A DNA stretch of 64,000 nt, from contig CAVZTH010000043.1 of the NCBI GenBank assembly GCA_963778125.1, positions 70,760-134,759 of the forward strand, given 5' to 3'. Positions 22,974-34,391 of this stretch are shown piece after piece (the stretch's first letter is position 1; the number at the start of each line of letters is the position of its first letter). Source of the DNA: an uncultured Alphaproteobacteria bacterium. Its GTDB lineage: Bacteria > Pseudomonadota > Alphaproteobacteria > Acetobacterales > Acetobacteraceae. Both the position numbers and the translations under genes were made by a program. Under the pieces are notes generated by a model, which saw only the letters and a program-made list of their open reading frames with translations, ran no database searches and was not told the origin of the DNA.

Positions 22974-24642
22974 CTACCCATACACCCCGACCCCCTCCCC
23001 TCGCGTCATCCGCTCGACCAGCGGGGTCCCGGTCAGACTGGAAGCCACAGCCTCCGCCACCCTGATCCCGTCCACGCCGGCCGACATGATCCCGCCGGCG
23101 TATCCGGCGCCCTCCCCGGCCGGGAAAAGCCCTTGCGTGTTCAGGCTGTGCCCATCGGCATTTCGAGAAATGCGGATGGGGGAGGACGTGCGCGTCTCCA
23201 CACCCGTCAGCACCGCGTCGTGCATCGCGAAACCGGGGATGTCGCGGGCGAAGTGCCCCAAGGCCTCGCGGATCGCCTCGATGGCGAAGCCGGGCAGGCA
23301 GGCGGCGAGGTCGGCGGGCTGCACGGCCGGCTTGTAGGACGGCACCACCGCGGCCAGCGCCCGCGATGCTCGGCGTTCGAGAAGGTCGCCGACCAGTTGG
23401 GCCGGTGCGGCGTAGGTGCTGCCGCCGGCGCGGTAGGCGCGGCGTTCCCATTCCTGCTGGAAGGCGATGCCGGCGAGCGGGCCTGCGGGGTAGTCGCCTT
23501 GGGTGATGCCGGTCGCATAGTCCGCGGGGCTGACGCCCACGACGATGCCGGCGTTGGCGTTGAACTCGGCGCGCGAATACTGGCTCATGCCGTTGGTGGC
23601 GACGCAGCCGATTTCCGACGTTGCGGCGACGACCCGGCCGCCGGGGCACATGCAGAAGCTGTAGACCGAGCGGCCGTTGCTGGCGTGGTGCACCAGCTTG
23701 TAGTCGGCGGGACCGAGCGTGGGGTGGCCGGCGAAGGCGCCGAAGCGGGCGCGGTCGATGAGGGACTGGGGGTGCTCGATCCGGGCGCCGATGGAGAACG
23801 GCTTTGCTTCGATGTGCGACGCCGCGGCGGTGCAGCATGGCGAAGGTGTCGCGGGCGCTGTGGCCGATGGCGAGGATGACGGCGTCGGCGTCGATTTGGT
23901 CTCCGTTGGCGAGGGTCAGGCCGCGGATGTGGCGGTTGGCGTCTAGTTCGATGTCCTCGACGCGCGACGAGAAGCGGTATTCGCCGCCGAGGGCTTCGAT
24001 TTTGGCGCGGATGGACTCGACGACGGTGACGAGGCGGAAGGTGCCGATGTGGGGTTTGCTGGCGGTGAGGATTTCCTCCGGGGCGCCGGCTTCGACGAAC
24101 TCGGTGAGGAGTTTGCGGGTGAGGTGGCGGGGATCCTTGATGCCGGAATAGAGCTTGCCGTCGGAGAAGGTGCCGGCACCGCCCTCGCCGAACTGGACGT
24201 TGGATTCGGGGTTGAGGATGCCGCGGCGCCAGAAGGCCCAGGTGTCTTTGGTGCGTTGGCGGACGGGCTGGCCGCGCTCGAGGATGAGTGGCCGAAAACC
24301 CATTTGGGCGAGGGTGAGGGCGGCCATCAGGCCACAGGGGCCGGTGCCGATGATGACGGGGCGGCTGCGCGGGGCGGTAACGTGGACGGGGAAGCGGTAG
24401 CTGGTGTCGGGGGTGGGGCGGAGGCTGGGGAAGCGCGCGAGAACGGCGGCCTCGTCGCGGAGGGAGACGTCGACGGCGTAGACGAGGTGGATCGCCGAGC
24501 GGCGGCGGGCGTCGTAGGCTCGGCGGGCGATGGTGAGGCCGAGGAGGTCGTCGGCGGGGATGGCGAGACGGGTCAGCACCGCGTCGCGGAGGGCGTCGGG
24601 CGGGTGGTCCAGGGGGAGTTTGAGTTCGGTCAGACGGAGCAT
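22974..24642 (-). CDS. Uncharacterised NAD(P)/FAD-dependent oxidoreductase (frameshift near 23815)
   Basis: MLRLTELKLPLDH, PVIIGTGPCG, FGEGGAGTFSDGKL, LAIGHSARD, YSFCMCPGG, GVETRTSSP, GEGAGYAGGI. Confidence 0.9.
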
Positions 24643-24772
24643 GGATAGGTCCCGCGGCGTGGCCGGACTGGTTCCGCCCATCTGTGGACGACCGATGAAG
24701 GCGCCCGGCCATGACGCGAGAGCGAGGGACCGCGTCAGGGCACGCCAGTCGAACGTGAGTTTTCGCGGAGAG

Positions 24773-25843
24773 TTAGCGGCCTTCCAGCGGGCGCGCCCAG
24801 CCGTGCGGGTCCGGGGCGGTGCCATACTGGATGCCGACGATGGTGTCGTACAGCTTCTGGGTCAGCGCGCCGGTTTTGCCGCCGTTGATGACGTAGCGCT
24901 CGCCCTTGTAGCCGAGTTCGCCGACCGGGGAGATCACGGCGGCGGTGCCGGTGCCCCACATCTCCAGCGTGCCGGCGCGGGCGGCGGCGAGGACGTCGTC
25001 GATGGCGATCGGGCGTTCCGATACGCGCAGGCCCCAGTCGTGCAACAGGGTCAGCACGGAATCGCGGGTGATGCCGGCGAGGATGGCGCCGTTCAGCGGC
25101 GGCGTGATCACCTCGTCGCCGATTTTCAGCATGATGTTCATGGTGCCGACCTCGTCGAGGTACTTGTGCTCGACGCCATCGAGCCACAGCACCTGGGTGT
25201 AGCCGGCTTTTGCCGCGACCTCGGCGCCGAACAGGGAGGCGGCGTAGTTGCCGGCGGTTTTTGCCGCGCCGAGGCCGCCTTGGACGGCGCGGACGTAGGT
25301 GTCGGAGGCCAGGATGCGGACCGGGTTCATGCCTTCCTTGTAATAGGCGCCCACCGGGCCGACGATCACGTAGTACAGGTAGCTGTTCGATGGATGCACG
25401 CCGAGGAAGGTCTCGGTGGCGATGACGGTGGGGCGGATATACAGCGAGGTCCCCGGCATCGAGGGCACCCAGCGCTGGTCGATCTCTACCAGCGCGCGGA
25501 TCGATTCCTCGACCATGGCGGGATCGATCTCCGGGATGCAGAGGTAGTGCGCGGAGCGGTTGACGCGGCGGGCGTGGTCGGGGAGGCGGAAGAGGCGGAC
25601 GGTTCCGTCCGGGCCGCGAAACGCTTTCAGGCCGTCGAAGATCGACTGGCCGTAGTGCAGGACGCAGCACGCGGGGTCCATGGTGAATGGCCCGTAGGGC
25701 TCGATACGGGGGTTGTGCCAGCCTTTCCCGTCCTCGTAGTTCATCAGGAACATGTGGTCGGAGAAGACCTTTCCGAACGCCAGCGTCTCATCGGCTGGGG
25801 TGGGTTTTGGCGTGGCGGTCCGGGTAATCGCGATCTGGTTCAC
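24773..25843 (-). CDS. ilvE: Branched-chain amino acid aminotransferase
   Basis: FSDHMF, LHYGQSIFDGLKA, SLYIRP, AKTAGNYA (PLP Lys), EVGTMN, ILAGITR, GTGTAAVISP; GTG start at 25843. Confidence 0.93.
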   Translation of the reverse strand: MNQIAITRTATPKPTPADETLAFGKVFSDHMFLMNYEDGKGWHNPRIEPYGPFTMDPACCVLHYGQSIFDGLKAFRGPDGTVRLFRLPDHARRVNRSAHYLCIPEIDPAMVEESIRALVEIDQRWVPSMPGTSLYIRPTVIATETFLGVHPSNSYLYYVIVGPVGAYYKEGMNPVRILASDTYVRAVQGGLGAAKTAGNYAASLFGAEVAAKAGYTQVLWLDGVEHKYLDEVGTMNIMLKIGDEVITPPLNGAILAGITRDSVLTLLHDWGLRVSERPIAIDDVLAAARAGTLEMWGTGTAAVISPVGELGYKGERYVINGGKTGALTQKLYDTIVGIQYGTAPDPHGWARPLEGR

Positions 25844-26117
25844 TGGTGTCTCGTTGTCTGGAAGGGACGTCTCGGAGGCGGACACTACGATATCATGACA
25901 GCGAAGGCCAATGCAGGTTGTGGGTATCGGGCATGCCGTAGATTTCCGAATATCCGCGACGCCCGTCGCCTGATTGAAGCGAGCGCGGCGAACGGCCCGG
26001 GCGTCCGCCCGCATCCGGCAGCGAAGCTCAAACGGGGAGTGGACAGGACGAGGGCGTTGTGGAACGCATGCCTCGAAGCCTTGCCAGCTTCGTTCCGATA
26101 CGTCTGGATCGCCACCT

Positions 26118-27128
26118 ATGAGCACGCCAACGCCTCCAGGCTGGCCGCATGAACGGTCTCCGTTTCATCCGGCGGAGTTCGCATTGCAGGAACGGTTCGG
26201 GCATCGCCAAGCGCTCGAGGTCCGGGCCCGGCGGACGGTTCGGGGCGTGCTCATCGAGCAGCACAGGCACTTCTACCCGCAACTGCCGTTCATTCTCGTC
26301 GGCAGCGTCGATGCGACCGGCCAACCTTGGGCCTCCATGCTGGCAGGACATCCGGGCTTCGTACATTCGCCGGACGCCCAGCATCTGCAATTCGACGTGG
26401 CGCCGATCGATGGGGACCCGATCAAAGCCGGGTTGGCGCTTGGCGTGCCCCTCGGCGTTCTTGGCATTCAGCCTTCAACGCGGCGGCGCAACCGGATCTC
26501 GGGCCGCGTCTCTGCGATCGACGAGCTCGGCTTTACTGTGGAAGTCGTGCAAAGCTACGGTAACTGCCCGCAATATATTCAATCTCGCGTGCTCTATTTC
26601 CTGGATTCGCTACGACCACGCCAGGAGATCATCCGCGCGGATGATCTGAACCAAGCCGATCGGACGTTGTTGGAACGATCGGACACATTCTACATCGCCA
26701 CCGTCAATCCGAACCCGGCCGACGGAGTTGCCGGTGGCGCCGACGTGTCGCACCGCGGCGGCCGTCCCGGCTTCGTGCGCGTCGACGACAACAAGACCAT
26801 CATAACGCCGGACTTCGTGGGTAACTTCATGTTCAACACCCTCGGCAATCTGATGGTGGAACCACGCGCCGGTCTGCTGTTCGCTGACCTCGACACGGGT
26901 GATCTGCTGTTCGCCGCGGCGCGGGCGGACATCATTTGGGATGGTCCCGAGGTAGAGGCGTTTGCAGCCGCTCAACGGCTGATGCGGTTTCACCTGACCG
27001 AGGTGATCCGCTTGCCGGGCGCGTTGCCATTCCGAGCAAAGCCCGAAGTTGACTATGCCCGCGAGCTGGCGGCGACCGGCACCTGGGCCGAGACTGACCA
27101 AGGCAACGTCGGAAAGACTTTGTTGTAG
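26118..27128 (+). CDS. Pyridoxamine 5'-phosphate oxidase-family FMN-binding protein
   Basis: SPFHPAE..LQ, GQPWASML, TRRRNRISG, SYGNCPQYI, DVSHRGGRPGFV, PDFVGNFMFNTLGN. Confidence 0.88.
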   Translation: MSTPTPPGWPHERSPFHPAEFALQERFGHRQALEVRARRTVRGVLIEQHRHFYPQLPFILVGSVDATGQPWASMLAGHPGFVHSPDAQHLQFDVAPIDGDPIKAGLALGVPLGVLGIQPSTRRRNRISGRVSAIDELGFTVEVVQSYGNCPQYIQSRVLYFLDSLRPRQEIIRADDLNQADRTLLERSDTFYIATVNPNPADGVAGGADVSHRGGRPGFVRVDDNKTIITPDFVGNFMFNTLGNLMVEPRAGLLFADLDTGDLLFAAARADIIWDGPEVEAFAAAQRLMRFHLTEVIRLPGALPFRAKPEVDYARELAATGTWAETDQGNVGKTLL

Positions 27129-27344
27129 CAGCCGACCGCGCCCGATGTGCGGGAAAAGATGTGGCCGGTGCGAGGAAGTTTCAGATCTAGATCGGAATGA
27201 CATGCCGTTGTCCGAAACGCAGCGCGAGCTCGCGTTCGGCTTCTGATTCGTAGTTGCCCGTTCAGCGACTTTTCCACGAATTTGGCGCTCCAAGCAAACC
27301 AGTGTTACGCATTAAAAAACGGCACGCTTCCGGGAAGGACCGCT

Positions 27345-28706
27345 ATGAAATCTGGATTGTTCGCCAGCGAGCCGCTGCCGCCGGCAGCGCGACGCGCCAT
27401 CATCGCCGGCTTCGTCGGCTTTGCCGTCGATTTCTTCGATATCTACCTGCCAGCGTTGGTCCTGGTCCCGGTCATGAGCTACTTCCAGCCTAAGGGCCTC
27501 AGCTCAGCGGCGACCACTACGTTGTACTATTTCACCATCGTCGCCACCATGCTCGGCCGCCCCTGTGGTGCCGTCATCTTCGGCCATTGGGCCGACAAGA
27601 TCGGTCGCCGCTTGACCACAATGATCAGTATCGCCGGCTTCGGCATCTTCACCGCGGTGATCGCTTTCCTCCCCAGCGACGCCGTTGTGGGGGTTTGGTC
27701 GATGATCCTGCTGATCGTGGTCCGCTTCGTGGGCGGCGTGTTCATGGGCGGCGAATACACGTCGAACAATACCCTGGCGCTTGAGATGGTGCCGCGAGAC
27801 CGCCGCGGTTTCGTCGGCGGCCTGATCCAAAGTGCGTACCCGGTCGGCTTCGCCCTGACCACCTTGGTTACCTCGGTGATGCTGAGCATCACCACCAAAG
27901 AACAGTATTATGCATGGGGCTGGCGCATCCCGTTTCTCATCGGCTTCGCCATCGCCTTCGCTTTTCTGCTTTACTACCGCACAGTGCCTGAATCAGCGAT
28001 GTGGGAAGCAAGTGAAAAGAGCGAGGCGCCATTGAAGGACGTGCTGTCAGGCAAACACCTCCGCACGCTCGGTCAAATCTTCCTGATGATGACCGGCTTC
28101 TGGTTCGTCGCCCAGCCCTCGAACCTGCTGCCAAGCATCATGATCCAGCATTTGCACGTGCCGAGCGAGATGACTTCGAACGGATTTCTGTTCGCCAGCA
28201 TCACGCTGTTCTTTGCGTTCGTCGGCTATGGCCTGCTGAGCCAGATGATTGGCCGTCGCCGAGCCATCGTGGTCGCCGCGACGGCCGTCCTGGTTGGGTG
28301 CCCAGTGCTCTATTACGCCATGGTCAGCAATGCCCTCTCTGGCGGATCCCCGGTCATGACCACGGTTCTTGCCGCCGCTTTCCAGGTGCTTGCGCTTTCG
28401 CCCTGGGGCATCGCGACGGTGTATATTTGTGAGCGCTTTCCGACCCATGTCCGCGCCAGCGGCTACGGTATCGGCTATAGTTTGGCGGTAGTGATCCCTT
28501 CGTTTTCTGGCATCTATGTGCTCTGGCTCGCGCATGTGATGCCCTATCTCTTCGCGCCGATCGTGCTGGTGGTGCTCGCCCCGGTGCTGATGATCGCCGG
28601 CGCGATGATGGGACCCGAGACGCGAGAAGCGGAACTGCACCTGCCCGATCTAGGGCTGGAGCCAGTTCCTGCGAGGGCACCTGTCGCGGCGCCACGCTCC
28701 GCCTGA
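27345..28706 (+). CDS. MFS transporter, metabolite:H+ symporter-like
   Basis: DFFDIY, GRPCGAVIFGHWADKIGRR, RFVGGVFMGGEY, WGWRIPF, ERFPTHVRASGYGIGY, GPETR. Confidence 0.92.
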   Translation: MKSGLFASEPLPPAARRAIIAGFVGFAVDFFDIYLPALVLVPVMSYFQPKGLSSAATTTLYYFTIVATMLGRPCGAVIFGHWADKIGRRLTTMISIAGFGIFTAVIAFLPSDAVVGVWSMILLIVVRFVGGVFMGGEYTSNNTLALEMVPRDRRGFVGGLIQSAYPVGFALTTLVTSVMLSITTKEQYYAWGWRIPFLIGFAIAFAFLLYYRTVPESAMWEASEKSEAPLKDVLSGKHLRTLGQIFLMMTGFWFVAQPSNLLPSIMIQHLHVPSEMTSNGFLFASITLFFAFVGYGLLSQMIGRRRAIVVAATAVLVGCPVLYYAMVSNALSGGSPVMTTVLAAAFQVLALSPWGIATVYICERFPTHVRASGYGIGYSLAVVIPSFSGIYVLWLAHVMPYLFAPIVLVVLAPVLMIAGAMMGPETREAELHLPDLGLEPVPARAPVAAPRSA

Positions 28707-28761
28707 CCGGCGATCGCCAATGCCGGCGGGCACACATGGCCGGCTACCTCCCACCGGCCAA

Positions 28762-29443
28762 CTATGAGCGAGACGGCGGCGGACGATCAAGTGGCCAAAG
28801 TTCGGCAAGCCCCAATCCCCGGACCCGGATGCCATTCGGAAGCAGCGCTTCGTAGGCTTGGTGGTGATGGCCGTGGACGATCAGGCTGGCGCCGCAGGCC
28901 TCGGCGAGGGCGTCGATCACCGCGAAGCCGTGCGGATGGCTGGATGGCGCCTCATGGGACACCAGGACGTCGAAGCGGGAAGCGGCCAGGTGGTCGAAGT
29001 CTTCCGGAAAGATCGTATCGCGGTGGAACAGCGGCAGGCCGCCGCGCCAGGCCTCGCCGGGTCGCAGGGCCGCCTGGAATTCGGCACGGGTTTGGAAGGA
29101 TGGGGCGGTCCGGTCGGCAGGGTCCCAGATCCTCGGCTTGAAGACGCCTGGCAATCCCGCGATGCGAAGTCCGCCGATGGAGGTTACGCGCAGACCGAGA
29201 TCACCCCGGGCGGGTGGTGAGATTGTCGTAGGAGGCCTCGGTTTCCGTGTCGTGGTTGCCGAGGATCCAGCGGAGATCCCAGCCCTGGCTTATCGGCGCG
29301 GCAAAAATCTGGTGCAGCGGCGCGGGCAGGTCGCAGTCGCCGAGCAGGATCAGCATGCCCGGCGGCCGGGCGGCGCAGGCGCGGAGGATGGGGGCGAAAT
29401 TCCGGTGCGGGTCGCCGGCGAAGAGGATTCCTCGACGTGTCAC
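28762..29443 (-). CDS. Calcineurin-like metallophosphoesterase (frameshifted near 29200)
   Basis: LFAGDPH, LILLGDCD, WILGNHD (ORF 29201..29443), then LVSHEAP and VHGHHH (ORF 28762..29154); GTGA overlap with the amidase stop. Confidence 0.82.
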
Positions 29444-30712
29444 TCAATCGCGGCTTGTACCCAGCGGGCCCAGGCCAGGACCGCTCGGTCATCACCTTGG
29501 CGGCCGACGATCTGAATACCGAGCGGCAAGCCGTTCGGGCCGGTGCCCGCCGGGACGGTGACGCAGGGAACGTGGAGCGATGTCCAGATGAAATTGAACG
29601 CGGGGTCGCCGGTCCATTCCAGGCCTTTTGGTGCCTCGCCTGGCGCGGACGGCGTGACCAGCACGTCGAGGCCGTCCATGGCGTCGGGGAACGCGCGCTG
29701 GGTTGAGGCGAACACTGCGTAGGCGTCTTCCAGGGCGGACTGGGGTTGGTTCAGGCCCCAGGCCAGGCGTTCGCGCAGGCCTTCGCTGATCTAGGTCCGG
29801 GTGGTGGGTGAGTTCCCAGCCTAGGGCGCGGGCGCTCTCGCTGTTCATGACGACGGGATGGGCGTCGATCAGAGCATTGAAGTTAAGCGGCAGTTCGCGG
29901 TGGGTGACCGATGCTCCGGCGCGGCCGAGGGCGTCGGTTACGCGGGCCAGCAGGGCTTGGGTTTCCGGGGCGGCGGCGTCCCAGGTTGGCGAGCGGCAGA
30001 TGCCGATGCGCGGGGCGTGGCCGGGCTTGGTGTCGGGATCGCCGAGGTTCGGCCGGAGACGGCGCTGGCGAACAGCGCGCAATCGGCGACGGTACGGGCC
30101 ATGGTGCCGATCGTGTCGAGGCTGTCGGACATGATCTTCATGCCGATGCGGCTAATCATGCCGTAGGTCGGCTTGTAGCCGACCACGCCGCAGTAGGCGG
30201 CCGGGCGGATGACGCTGCCGGCGGTTTGGGTGCCGTAGGCGAGGGGGAACAGGCCAGCGGCGACTCCGGCGGCGGACCCGGAGGACGATCCGCCGGGGGT
30301 GTGGGCCGGGTTGGCAGGGTTCATGGTCGGGCCAGGCTTGCGGGTGGCAAACTCGGTGGTGACGGTTTTGCCGAGGACGACGGCGCCGGCGTCGCGGGCC
30401 CAGGCGACCGGGGCGGAGTCGGCCTTGGGCTGCATGGTTAGCCCAGATGGGGGAGCCGTACTGGCTGGGCATGTCGGCGGTGTCGAGGACGTCCTTGACG
30501 CCGATGGGGATGCCTTGCAGCGGGCCGGGTCTGGCTTAGGCGGCCGCGGCGCGGGCCTGGCTGGGGTCGAAGTGAGCGAAGGCTCGGACGGCGGGATCGC
30601 GGCCGGCGATGTGGTCCAGGTAGGCGTCGATCAGCGCCTCGGGGCGCAGCTTGCCGTCATGGATCAGGCGCACCGCCTGGGTTGCGGGCAGGCTGATGAG
30701 ATTGCTCGACAT
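29440..30712 (-). CDS. Amidase signature-family protein (several frameshifts)
   Basis: GVKDVLDT, GKTVTTEFA, TPGGSSSGSAA, GTQTAGSVIRPAAYCG, GLPLGIQIVG across ORFs 30536, 29938, 29492 and 29440. Confidence 0.88.
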
Positions 30713-30958
30713 GTCCAGGGCTCCGTTTTGACGCACCGCAACACTACACTCACACGACCCCCGCGTTCCGGCCGGAAGCTTCGCGACTCAATCCAGCGGA
30801 ACACTCCGACGTCGATTGAGATGTATGGCGCTGGCACCGGATGTATGCCATTGGCACCAAAGATTTCGTATAGCGAGACTGCTTATCACAAAACACCCGA
30901 TGGGCGGCAAAACTCAAACCTTGCAATGACTTGGGCATATTTGCTGCGGGAGGATTGA

Positions 30959-32210
30959 TTGAAGCTCATATCACGGCGGAACGTCGTCGCAGCCACATCA
31001 GCGGCTGCTGCCGCGGCGGCGGGAGTTACGCAGGCCGCGAGTTTCGGCAATCCGGATCTCCCACCGCAAGGTGCGGTTAACGTCACCAACCCAAGCACGC
31101 TCAAAATCCCCGGTCCGAACGATCCAGCCATGGCCGGCGAGATGCCTGCGTTCCTCGACCCTCCCGCCACCGATGTCGGCAGCATGCCGCAGTTCTGGGC
31201 CTCGTTTAACCTGGCTGCCAGGCGTATTCAGGACGGCGGTTGGGGCCGACAGGTCACGCAGGCCGATTTCGCGATATCAAGCGAAATCTCCGGAGTGAAT
31301 ATGCGACTATCTGCCGGTGGTATCCGGGAACTCCACTGGCACCAACAAGCCGAGTGGTCGATTATGACCTACGGCAATTGCCGAATCACGGTGCTCGACG
31401 CTCAGGGCCGCCCCTATGTTCAGGACGTGAAGGAAGGCGATCTCTGGTATTTCCCAGCCGGGCTGCCACACTCGCTGCAGGGACTGGGGCCAGACGGGGC
31501 GGAGTTTGTCTTGGCGTTCGACAACGGCGCATCGTCGGAGTTCAACACACTACCGGCGACCGACTGGATGGCGCACACGCCGCCGGAAGTCCTTGCCAAG
31601 AACTTCGGTGTCCCAGCTAACGCATTCAAAAATATTCCGTTGCAGAACCGGTGGATCTTCCAGGGCAAGGTGCCGGGACCATTGGCCGAGGCGCAGGCGG
31701 CGGTCGCTAGCAGTGCCGGTTCACCGGAGTATCCGTTCGTGTTCTCGTTGTATGAGGCGCCGAAGGCCGGCGAAACCGAGGGTGGCTACATACAGATCGC
31801 CGACAGTTCCAATTTCAAGGTTTCAAAGACTGTCGCGGCCGGTCTGGTCACGGTGAAGCCGGGCGGTCTGCGGACGATGCACTGGCATCCGAATGCCGAC
31901 GAGTGGCAGTACTACATGCAGGGGTTCGGCGCGTATGACCGTGTTCAATGCCGGACCGGCCGCAAATACCGCCAACTTCCATCCCGGGGACATCGGGTAT
32001 GTGAAGAAGGGTCTGGGTCACTACGTCGAGAACACGGGGACGACTGATCTCGTTTTCCTCGCGCTGTTCCGAGCACCATTCTACGAGGAAGTGTCGTTCT
32101 CCGACTGGCTGGCGGGAACGCCGCCCGAAATGGTGGCTGCGACGTTCAACCTAGATCCCGCGATCGTCGCGAAATTTCCCAAGGGACGGGCAAACGTGCA
32201 GCCGGGGTAA
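30959..32210 (+). CDS. oxdC: Oxalate decarboxylase-family bicupin with a Tat-like signal (frameshift near 31925)
   Basis: Two cupin Mn sites, RELHWHQQAEW...GLPHS and RTMHWHPNADEWQYY...GHYVEN; lid region FDNGASSEFNT; N-terminal SRRNVVAA. Confidence 0.88.
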
Positions 32211-32501
32211 CGTCGCACTGCGATGGCGGCTCTCACAGACGGCCGACCCGTGTCACGATATAACATGCCCTGAACCTCTGTCGCGGCCTGACGAAACAGC
32301 GCTCAGGTCCCCAATATGCCGGGCTGTGCCTCACAACCATGATGCGTTTACGGTTTCAACCCGAAGTCTGGCTCAGAGTGGGGATAGCGGGGCTTGCGAG
32401 GCAGCGGTCCCGTGGCGTAGCGGCGGGCTCGGGATGCGTGCGGCATCGTGTTAATTGGTGATGTGCGCTAGTCTCTCCCCAGGGAGCATGGGAAGTCCAG
32501 G

Positions 32502-33849
32502 ATGAGACTGTTTTACGGCTGGGTGATTGTCGCCGTCGGCATCGTCGTTGGATGCATCGGGATGGGTGGCCTGATGTCGTTCGGCGTGTTCCTGCAGCCG
32601 ATGGCCAACTCCCTCGGCTGGTCTCGCGCGGGAATTTCCATCGGTTCGACCCTGGCCTTTCTCTCGATGGGCGTCGGCGGGTTTTTTTGGGGCCGGATGT
32701 ATGACCGCTACGGAGCGCGGGTGGTCGTCATCCTCGGCGGACTGCTGCAAGGTCTCGGTCTTGTCGCGGCGAGCCAGGCGCAAAGCCTTCCGGTGTTTCT
32801 GGCAGCCTACGGAGCGATCGCCGGGCTCGCCGTCGGTGCGTTCTACGTCCCGTTGACCGCTGCCACTGCAAGCTGGTTCACGCGCCATCGCAGCCTCGCG
32901 GTCTCGCTGGTCTCAGCCGGTCTGGCGCTGGGCACCACGCTAATGGCGCCGCTCGCTCGGTGGCTGATCGTCACCCATGACTGGCGCTTTGCCATGCTCG
33001 TGCTCGGTCTTATCGCGTGGGCCGTCATTCTGCCGATCCGCGCTGCTGCTACGTCCAGCACCTGCGATCGATGCTGGGTCCCCCAGCGTCCGATCCGCAA
33101 CTGATACGTACCGGGCCGACATGACTTTGGCGCAGGCGTTGAAAACGCCGGTGTTCTGGAGCCTGGCGTTGGCGAATTTCGCCTGCTGCGCCGCCCATTC
33201 CGGGCCGATCTTCCACATGGTCTCCTATGCCGCGGACTGCGGGGTGGCGCCTCTGACGGCGGCCACGGTGCTCGGCGCGGCGGGGCTCGCGGCGCTGTCG
33301 GGCCGCATCATCTGCGGGTTGCTGGCTGACCGCGCCGGCGCGAAACGCACGCTGGTGGCCTGCCTCGCGCTGCAAGCCGTGGCGATCGCACTCTATTTGC
33401 CGGCCCGCGATCTGAACACCCTCTATGCCGTGTCAATGCTGTTCGGATTTTCCTACGGCGGCGCGATGCCACTGTACGCGATCCTGGTGCGGGGGAACTT
33501 CCCGGCGAAGATCATGGGCAGCGTTTTCGGGGTCGTCGCGATGGTCTCAACGTTGGGCATGGCGCTGGGACCGCCCGCCGGCGGTTGGCTGTTCGATCAC
33601 TTCGGCGGATACGGATGGCTTTACGTCGCATCGTCCGCGATCGGCATCGCAGGAGCGTTGATTGCCATGACCGTGCGGCCACACCTGCCGCAACCGGTGG
33701 CGGTGGCACGATCAGCGATGGCACGGTCGCTGAGGAGGCGGGCGTCCGCTGAAAATGGGACCGCTGTCGTAAATGGGCGTGGTGGCCACCTATGGCGATG
33801 TCTGCTATTCGGGACCCGGAGCAATTCGTTGTTCCGATACCGGCTGTGA
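32502..33849 (+). CDS. MFS transporter, monocarboxylate/OFA-like (frameshift near 33040; 3' end uncertain)
   Basis: FYGWVIV, WGRMYDRYGAR, WFTRHRSLAVSL, GRIICGLLADRAG, GPPAGGWLFD. Confidence 0.85.
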
Positions 33850-33860
33850 GGACGATCTGA

Positions 33861-34391
33861 ATGCGATTCACGGCCGCTGCGCTGCCCGGTCTGGTTATCG
33901 TGGACATTGCGGTCATGAGCGACGATCGAGGCTATTTCGCTCGGACATTTTGCGCTGAAGAGTTCGCCGCGGCCGGCCTGCCGACTGTCTTCCCGCAATG
34001 CAACACATCGTTCAATCTGGCACGAGGCACATTGCGTGGCATGCATTGGCAGGCGGATCCATATCCTGAAGGCAAGCTCGTCCGCTGCACGCGAGGCATG
34101 GTCCTGGACGTGGCTGTAGACCTGCGGCCCGAAAGTCCGACCTGCCGCGGCTGGTTCGGTATCGAACTCAGCGCCGAGAATGGACGCGCCCTCTACATTC
34201 CACCGGGTTTCGCGCACGGGTTCCAGACCTTGGCCGATGAGACGGAAGTCTTCTACCAAATGAGTGAGGCCTACCGTCGCGACCTGTCGCGCGGCGGACG
34301 TTGGGACGATCCCGCATTCGGCATCGACTGGCCGATCCCCAATCCAATCCTCTCGCCGCGGGACGCCGCCTACCCCGATTACGTGCGGTGA
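33861..34391 (+). CDS. rfbC: NDP-4-keto-6-deoxyhexose 3,5-epimerase (RmlC/RfbC family)
   Basis: DDRGYFARTF, GTLRGMHWQ, KLVRC, DVAVDLR, IPPGFAHGFQTL, RWDDP. Confidence 0.92.
   Translation: MRFTAAALPGLVIVDIAVMSDDRGYFARTFCAEEFAAAGLPTVFPQCNTSFNLARGTLRGMHWQADPYPEGKLVRCTRGMVLDVAVDLRPESPTCRGWFGIELSAENGRALYIPPGFAHGFQTLADETEVFYQMSEAYRRDLSRGGRWDDPAFGIDWPIPNPILSPRDAAYPDYVR

Noticed and set aside
22897-24825. 642-aa ORF with an Arg/Pro-rich C-terminus
   Set aside because: It is the frameshifted FAD oxidoreductase; the true C-terminus is ORF 22974..23693.
32251-32265. tgtcacgatataaca, a Zur-box-like sequence
   Set aside because: Only one half-site matches and it lies ~240 bp from a gene with no metal link.
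32287-32307. ctgacgaaac resembling a hammerhead ribozyme core
   Set aside because: No stem II between CUGANGA and GAAA; only a short hairpin.
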